DNA of 13,159 nt, from the IMG/VR virus record IMGVR_UViG_3300035502_000924, positions 1 through 13,159 of that record; one strand, given 5' to 3'. The notes below the pieces were generated by a model. The model saw only the letters and a program-made list of their open reading frames with translations. It was not told where the DNA came from and made no database searches. The stretch comes from a virus. Taxonomy: Duplodnaviria; Heunggongvirae; Uroviricota; Caudoviricetes. The position numbers and the translations under genes were made by a program. Shown piece by piece: positions 8,801 through 13,159 of the stretch. Positions within the stretch are counted from its first letter, which is position 1; the number at the start of each line of letters is the position of its first letter.

Positions 8801-9497
8801 TGCTGCAAGACCTAATCAGTTAATCAACAAGCTTGCTACAAGAGCAGATAGAACTGTTGGTATGGCTGAAACAGCAGAAGGCTATGCTGATGAACGTATT
8901 GTATATGTAGTACCTGGTGCTATTAAAAAGTCTATTAGAGACCTTAGAACAGGTAAGTATAATACAAGAAGACTAGACGGTTGTTATGCAGCTGTTGCAG
9001 TTGCAGCAATTGGTCTTGCAAATGATGCAGCTGAACCTTTAACAAATAAAACTATCGCAGGCTTCACGGAATTAGTTGATTTATATTCTGAATCTGAGAA
9101 GAATATTCTTGCAGCGGCAGGTTGTTGTGTTCTCGAACCATATGGTACTAATATAAGAATTAGACATGGTATTACTACTGCAACTGACGAGGTTAATTCA
9201 CAAGAAATCACACTTATTCAGATTAAAGATTATGTAATTGACTCTTGTAGAAATACTACTGCAAATCTTTATATCGGTAAGAAACTTACTTCAAGCATTA
9301 TTGCTGATATTAAGTATACAATGAATTCACTTTTAAGTCAATTCGTTTCACAAGGTATTATTATAGGTTTTAGTAGTTTGAAAGTTGTTAGAAATTCTGA
9401 CGAACCAAGACAGATTGATATTTCTTTCGAGATTGAGGCTGTTTACCCATTGAACTGGATTTCTATTGAGTTTGGTTTCTCCTCAACAAGTTTCTAA
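5811..9497 (+). CDS. Contractile tail sheath protein, enlarged (1228 aa)
   Basis: SD AGGAGGT at 5797-5803 fits ATG 5811, not 5805. N-terminal YKAPGTY motif. Sheath-like C-terminus: EPLTNK..IRHGITT..EITLIQIKDYV..YIGKK..PRQIDISFEIEAVYPLNWISIEF. Followed by tube-like genes. Confidence 0.9.
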   Translation: MAYKAPGTYARFVKTASSVVTAGGSRIMALVGTGINYYTVTNEAVIKSNTKPYDTLANENVFEITSVSSRPIYDNITVNNTLYSPTTGNNDGYTLNGNTIVWDSLVKATCSINAKQCPRFYYNNGTQNITFGIDETVEKLVEDGEWMIEVSYVNEDDQDLGADEKLGCYRVINMNTSEIIGEYVVGSSPATDEDGSYPIPGVQLIVKNTYIANAAGRQLVDVGDYVIITTVAAKTEKEAQVSKVLATNSGSAKVNLNLDLIVADSPTTTDAQNFTFGNIIGADNYTLYISDAEFEKNINGDYDTSKAYAYSVVGYDSTTNTYSLNIPNNDLKKYAISYTTDPFRTISVNYSVNNDTITLQTSDLTEDLNGYTLFVPYKMSGDTKKNTVADQTDGFCVFVKTTINGATQINQTSIKVYPTDLSSSTIAPLALVDDNGAATGECYIVEEATIDDYDLKYSQSTAGTTYYKFIKNEIKDDKKNVIGYTFYTVNSDSTGTLSSNDESSTNEYLINGVYSDQSKTDLFNGLTANKYFVSNFSIGSDTNSQYYIASIDVTSETHYVEVDFDSIVISNDDTVTVDSDTKELTTTYINNQYVLTNSAKTYLKNSDIDVDTVLTAAITFQFDNDSLFVESTDNTINTATVAYDSEDATKTITIDSNTKLYDSENGKTINNVTKYIKDTNNKIYISVDNVYYEITTGDSGNTTLTSTTTKIATYNDLISATNNYNYLLIAYDANGNIVDYDADADKSKTSDKLANTSTYYNNQFYNAISDLTVVSNGTIFDKPAVYELTYTREEEDGKISIVRYVNGELTSATFDDVSSLEDDYFEVIPGIEFSLDGSTLDSQITTKGTTATVYIVTSPRVTSTTMPAEGATYYVSYKYRKAEADYEPTLYTDYDDIVAAYGNYDVSASGAVLNSLSLGAEIAFNNGVSQIVCVQAKNGADYEIETAIDKLSSAIAGASNVQTIIPLSTSDAVGAYLQNHVNLMSSYEYGKERMGYLAARPNQLINKLATRADRTVGMAETAEGYADERIVYVVPGAIKKSIRDLRTGKYNTRRLDGCYAAVAVAAIGLANDAAEPLTNKTIAGFTELVDLYSESEKNILAAAGCCVLEPYGTNIRIRHGITTATDEVNSQEITLIQIKDYVIDSCRNTTANLYIGKKLTSSIIADIKYTMNSLLSQFVSQGIIIGFSSLKVVRNSDEPRQIDISFEIEAVYPLNWISIEFGFSSTSF

Positions 9498-9526
9498 TAG
9501 AATAATTTAGTAATTTTCAATCTTTT

Positions 9527-9563
9527 AAGGGAAAGGGGGATGTTCCCTTTTCCCTTGTTTTTT
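9527..9563 (+). terminator. Intrinsic terminator after sheath
   Basis: AAGGGAAAGGGGGA / TTCCCTTTTCCCTT stem with G-U pairs, then GTTTTTT. Confidence 0.75.
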
Positions 9564-9644
9564 AAATAAAAATGTAAATATAGTATATTAAATAATAAAC
9601 AAGTTATTTGATGTTTTTTTAATCTCATAAAAGAGGTGAATTTT

Positions 9645-10382
9645 ATGGCAGTTACGGAATATACCCCTATTGGTGGCACAGCTAGTGCTTATAACCCAGG
9701 GGAAGTTAATCCATATCTCAACTCTCATAGGGCATCGGGTATGCCTAATATTGGTGCTAATACAGGTAGTATGCCTGTTACAACCACTAATATATCTGTT
9801 TGGTGTAATGGTAGTAGAGTTGGTGTAATAAAAAACTTTCAGGTATCAGAAAGTAGAACTAATACAAAATTGCAAGAATTAGGCACAGAAGGTGTTGTGC
9901 AGATTGTACCTGGCAATACAAAAGGCGGTAATTTAAACATTGAAAGAATTGCATTATATAATAGTAGTATTTGGAATGCTTTAGGTTTAACTAGAACAGG
10001 TGAATTTATACCTAAAATGAGTTCCATGGAAGCCTATTCTTCTGCTGATAGCGTTTATCATAGACCTACTAATTTTACATTTAGTAATCCGTTTAAAACT
10101 TTAAAAGACCAAAGAACTGCAATAGAGATACAAACACGTACTCAAATGCAAGGAACAAAAAACGCATTTTATATTGAAACTTATTTAGATTGTTGGATTT
10201 CTTCTTATTCAAAATCTATCGCAGCAGAAACTATTACCGTTTCAGAAAAAGTAACAGCAGAATACAGTGATGTTATTGCGGATTATGTAACAGGTGATAG
10301 TTATAATGTATATAGTGACTCAAGTTATATGAAGTATGTAAATGGTTCGTCAACAACAGAAGAAGACGAGGATGAAGAATAA
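9645..10382 (+). CDS. Tail tube-like protein 1
   Basis: SD GAGGTG at 9633-9638 fits ATG 9645. Directly downstream of the sheath. Tube-like pattern VGVIKNFQVSESR..ELGTEG..IVPG..ETYLDCWISSYSK. Acidic tail EEDEDEE. Confidence 0.8.
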   Translation: MAVTEYTPIGGTASAYNPGEVNPYLNSHRASGMPNIGANTGSMPVTTTNISVWCNGSRVGVIKNFQVSESRTNTKLQELGTEGVVQIVPGNTKGGNLNIERIALYNSSIWNALGLTRTGEFIPKMSSMEAYSSADSVYHRPTNFTFSNPFKTLKDQRTAIEIQTRTQMQGTKNAFYIETYLDCWISSYSKSIAAETITVSEKVTAEYSDVIADYVTGDSYNVYSDSSYMKYVNGSSTTEEDEDEE

Positions 10383-10407
10383 TAAATAATAGATAGGGGG
10401 TGATTTT

Positions 10408-11085
10408 ATGGCATTTGGTCCAGAACAGCAATATTTCACAAACAGGTATCTTAATACCCATCGTGCCACTCGTAATGATGTTAAATCACAACAAAATGAT
10501 ATGACTCAATTAACTAGTGCAGATACAAATGGTTTGGCGTTGACTAGTACTAATATATTTATTTATGCAAATCAAAATATCGTAGGCATGATACAATCAT
10601 TTAATATCTCAGAAAGTAGAACAATTGATAAGTTAAATGCTATTGGAGTTGAAGGTGTAATTCAAGCAGTACCAGAAAATACAAATGGCGGTAGTCTTGA
10701 TGTACAAAGAATTGCATTATATAGCTCAAATTTATGGGCAGCATTAGGTTTGTCTGCTGATGGTATAGGTTATGATGCTTCTGGTTCTAAACGATATATA
10801 AATGAAAAAAGTAATACTGGGTGGGACGCTCCAACTTATGAAACAAATACTGATAATGTAGATTATTCTTTGGGTAATAGTTCTGCAAGATATGTCTTTA
10901 AAACATTAAAGGACCAACGTGTTCCTCTTGAAATACAAGTAAAAGTTCCAATGGATGGCACAAGTGAGGAATGGTATATTGAAACATATATTGACTGTTG
11001 GTTATCTTCTTATGGTAAAACTTATGACGTTGGTAAAATTACTGTTGCAGAAACTTGTAAAATAGATTACGCAGATGTTGTATAA
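10408..11085 (+). CDS. Tail tube-like protein 2 (paralog of 9645..10382)
   Basis: SD GGGGGTG. Shares YLN(S/T)HRA, SESRT, RIALY.S..W.ALGL, FKTLKDQR and YIETY.DCW.SSY.K with tube 1. Confidence 0.8.
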   Translation: MAFGPEQQYFTNRYLNTHRATRNDVKSQQNDMTQLTSADTNGLALTSTNIFIYANQNIVGMIQSFNISESRTIDKLNAIGVEGVIQAVPENTNGGSLDVQRIALYSSNLWAALGLSADGIGYDASGSKRYINEKSNTGWDAPTYETNTDNVDYSLGNSSARYVFKTLKDQRVPLEIQVKVPMDGTSEEWYIETYIDCWLSSYGKTYDVGKITVAETCKIDYADVV

Positions 11086-11096
11086 ATAATTTATTT

Positions 11097-11125
11097 AAGA
11101 GAGGAAAATTTTCCTCTCTTTTTTT
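11097..11125 (+). terminator. Intrinsic terminator
   Basis: Perfect palindrome AAGAGAGGAA-aatt-TTCCTCTCTT followed by a T-tract. Confidence 0.85.
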
Positions 11126-11190
11126 ATTTTAAAAAAATATATTTTTTATTTATATAATAGTATAAATTTATAAAGAAGGAGATTATAAAA

Positions 11191-11311
11191 ATGCCAATAG
11201 TATTACCACAACAAATAATTGTTTCTGCAAATAATAGATACAATACTTATTATTTAAACAAAGGTTATGAGATAATTGATAAAAAAATAGTTGTTAATGT
11301 AGAAGATTTAA
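11191..11311 (+). pseudogene. 5' fragment of an IS-disrupted Zn-ribbon / PD-(D/E)xK homing-endonuclease-like gene
   Basis: SD AAGGAG, ATG 11191, MPIVLPQQII...YYLNKGYEII..VNVEDL. Joins in frame to 12668 when the IS is removed. Not in the ORF track. Confidence 0.75.
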
Positions 11312-11368
11312 CTAATCTCAGCAAGAATTCCCCCACCTAAGAGGTGGGGGAAGAATTGCGTTCCACTA

Positions 11369-11397
11369 TTGACAAACTAAATGTAAAGTATTATAAT
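11369..11397 (+). promoter_or_regulatory. Consensus sigma70/sigmaA promoter for tnpB
   Basis: TTGACA at 11369-11374, 17-bp spacer, TATAAT at 11392-11397; SD GGAGGA just upstream of ATG 11431. Confidence 0.85.
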
Positions 11398-11430
11398 AAT
11401 ATCATAAATTTTAGGATTGGAGGAGAAAAA

Positions 11431-12534
11431 ATGAAACGTAATAAAGCCTATAAGTTTAGGATATATCCAAACGATGAGCAGAGAGTATTTTTTGCACAGT
11501 GTTTTGGATGTGTTAGGTTTATTTGGAATAAGATGTTATCAGATAAGATAGACTACTACAAAGAGCATAAGCAAACTCTAAATAATACACCTGCACAGTA
11601 TAAGACCGAATTTGAATGGCTCAAAGACGTTGATAGTTTAGCCCTTTCTAACGTTCAAATGAACTTACAGAAAGCGTTCAAGAGTTTTTTCACCAATCCT
11701 AAAGTTGGATTTCCAAAGTTCAAATCTAAACATAAAAACAGAAAAAGTTATACTACTAACAATCAAAAAGGCAGTATCACTTTAGAAAACAACCTATTAA
11801 AGTTACCTAAACTAAAGGATTTAGTTAAAGTCAAGGTACATAGGCAAATTCCAAGTGACTACAAAATTAAGTCAGTAACAGTAAGTCAAACGCCTAGTGA
11901 AAAGTACTATGTGAGTATCTTATGTGAGTACGAAAGCCAAGTACAAACAGTAGAACCCACAACTTTCCTAGGTTTGGACTTCTCAATGAAAGAGCTATAC
12001 GTTGCTAGTAATAACACATCTGCAGAGTATCCAAAGTACTACAGACAAGCACAGAAAAGACTTGCAAGAGAACAACGAAAACTCTCAAAGTGCGTTAGGG
12101 ATAGTAGCAATCGTAATAAACAACGTCTAAAGGTTGCTAAACTGTTTGAAAAGGTAGCTAACCAAAGGAAAGATTTCTTACACAAGCTATCAAACAAGTT
12201 AGCTAAAAATTACGATTGTGTGTGTATTGAAAATCTTGATATGAAAGCAATGTCACAAGCGTTGAACTTTGGAAAGTCTGTAGCGGATAATGGTTGGGGA
12301 ATGTTTACAACATTTTTGAAATACAAGTTGGAAGAACAAGGCAAACAACTGATTAAGATAGACAAGTATTTTGCAAGTTCTCAAACTTGTTCTTGTTGCG
12401 GATATAAAAATCCCGATACAAAGAATTTGTCAATTAGGTCGTGGAATTGCCCTCAATGTGGAACTCATCACGACAGAGATGTAAATGCAAGTATAAATAT
12501 CAAAAACGAGGGTATGCGAATAGTATTATCCTAA
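11431..12534 (+). CDS. tnpB: RNA-guided endonuclease TnpB (367 aa)
   Basis: HTH KAYKFRIYPN, RuvC-I LGLDFS, RuvC-II CIENL, Zn finger CSCCG..CPQCG, RuvC-III HDRDVNASINI. The D-E-D triad is intact. True start is ATG 11431. Confidence 0.95.
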   Translation: MKRNKAYKFRIYPNDEQRVFFAQCFGCVRFIWNKMLSDKIDYYKEHKQTLNNTPAQYKTEFEWLKDVDSLALSNVQMNLQKAFKSFFTNPKVGFPKFKSKHKNRKSYTTNNQKGSITLENNLLKLPKLKDLVKVKVHRQIPSDYKIKSVTVSQTPSEKYYVSILCEYESQVQTVEPTTFLGLDFSMKELYVASNNTSAEYPKYYRQAQKRLAREQRKLSKCVRDSSNRNKQRLKVAKLFEKVANQRKDFLHKLSNKLAKNYDCVCIENLDMKAMSQALNFGKSVADNGWGMFTTFLKYKLEEQGKQLIKIDKYFASSQTCSCCGYKNPDTKNLSIRSWNCPQCGTHHDRDVNASINIKNEGMRIVLS

Positions 12535-12687
12535 ACAAAATAATAAAACCGTGGGACACACGGAGTTAGCCCATTGATACTTACATCATTAGATGTATTG
12601 AGTGGGAAACATCTGTTAAATCAGAAGCTCCCACCTCTTAGCGTAGCGTAGGTGGGGAGTATGTCACCATATGGTAGTAAAAGAAAT
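12535..12687 (+). ncRNA. Predicted TnpB omegaRNA (reRNA): right-end scaffold plus flanking guide; boundaries approximate
   Basis: Stems CCGTG-ggaca-CACGG, CCCAT..TACATC-atta-GATGTA..GTGGG and the right-end hairpin. By established TnpB biology the guide is the sequence after TCAC (CATATGGTAGTAAAAG...). The 5' end may overlap tnpB. Confidence 0.65.
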
Positions 12688-13159
12688 GTTCTTTGCAAAT
12701 GTAATAAATGTGAAAAAAATTTTCAAAGACCATTTTTTAGAATTACAGATATTGACATTACATATTGCAAAAGAAGTAGCAATGTGTTAGCCCAAGAAAC
12801 TTGGAAAAAAATTATGGTTGCGATAATCCTTCAAAATGTGAAAAAATACGTGAAAAAAGAAAAGCAACTAATTTAGAAAAATTTGGAACAGAATATTCTT
12901 TAAAGAACAAAGAAGTTAGAGAAAAAATTAAAAATACAATTAAAGAAAAATATGGAGAAGAATATATAGGTTCTTGTGATTGGATTAAAGAAAAAATAAG
13001 AGAAAGCAAGGCACGTCTTTATGAAAAGAATGTAAAAACATCTAAAGGTCAAAATCATATAGCAAAATTATTAGATGGAGATGTAAATACAAAAATAAGA
13101 GGATGTTTCCCTGATATTGTAATAAATAATTTAAGTGTAGAATATGATGGTAGTGGTCA
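12668..13159 (+). pseudogene. 3' fragment of the homing-endonuclease-like gene, frameshifted, running off the window
   Basis: YGSKRNVLCKCNKC..YCKRS..QETWKK, then a shift at the A7 run (12805-12811) into NYGCDNPS..KATNLEKFG..KNTIKEKYG..TSKGQ..FPDIV..VEYDGSG. This is KYG-type repeats plus a Vsr/DUF559-like PD-(D/E)xK motif. Confidence 0.75.

Larger units (their letters stand above)
11312..12667 (+). mobile_element. Non-autonomous IS200/IS605-family (IS1341-type) element carrying tnpB only
   Basis: Left hairpin TTCCCCCACCT-aag-AGGTGGGGGAA at 11328-11352. Related right hairpin CTCCCACCT..AGGTGGGGAG at 12628-12659. Ends in TCAC (12664-12667) and is preceded by TTTAA (11307-11311). No target duplication and no tnpA. 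Excision restores the host reading frame. Confidence 0.88.

Noticed and set aside
1..11085. Stop-codon reassignment, since all phage genes here end in TAA
   Set aside because: The ORFs are long and tightly packed under the standard code, and TAA bias is expected at this AT content.
11344..11430. N-terminal extension of TnpB from GTG 11344
   Set aside because: That start lies inside the left-end hairpin and upstream of the promoter; ATG 11431 has the SD.
11312..12667. IStron (group I intron-IS chimera) or Cas12 with a CRISPR array
   Set aside because: Only about 120 bp separate the left end from tnpB, too little for an intron core, and no repeat-spacer array is visible.
12652..12876. Stand-alone 74-aa ORF
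   Set aside because: It is a chimera of the IS right end, the disrupted gene and out-of-frame sequence after the A7 run.
1870..13009. Short ORF-track calls 1870-2067, 4461-4661, 7942-8124, 8566-8760, 8984-9211, 9494-9679, 9839-10027, 10273-10461 and 12812-13009
   Set aside because: They are antisense or alternate-frame shadows of well-supported genes or terminators, with no recognisable motifs.

Overview
This AT-rich window lies entirely on the + strand and looks like the virion-morphogenesis region of a large contractile-tailed (myovirus-type, probably jumbo) phage of a Firmicutes host. In order it holds: a partial helical-repeat protein; a small ORF; four paralogous, very acidic proteins that all start with a basic MKRL(V/I)(K/S)K leader; a beta-sandwich protein and an FN3 plus Zn-finger neck-like protein placed among those paralogs; a 1228-aa tail sheath with a large internal insertion; and two paralogous tail-tube-like genes. 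The last part is a PD-(D/E)xK homing-endonuclease-like gene, split by a complete non-autonomous IS200/IS605 (IS1341-type) tnpB element and also frameshifted. The most interesting signal is the shared KRL(V/I)K tag. It appears to shuffle independently of the acidic cores, recurs at the C-terminus of an unrelated protein, and may be a capsid-targeting or cleavable leader for injected, DNA-mimic-like cargo. All family assignments come from motif recognition by eye; no searches were run.
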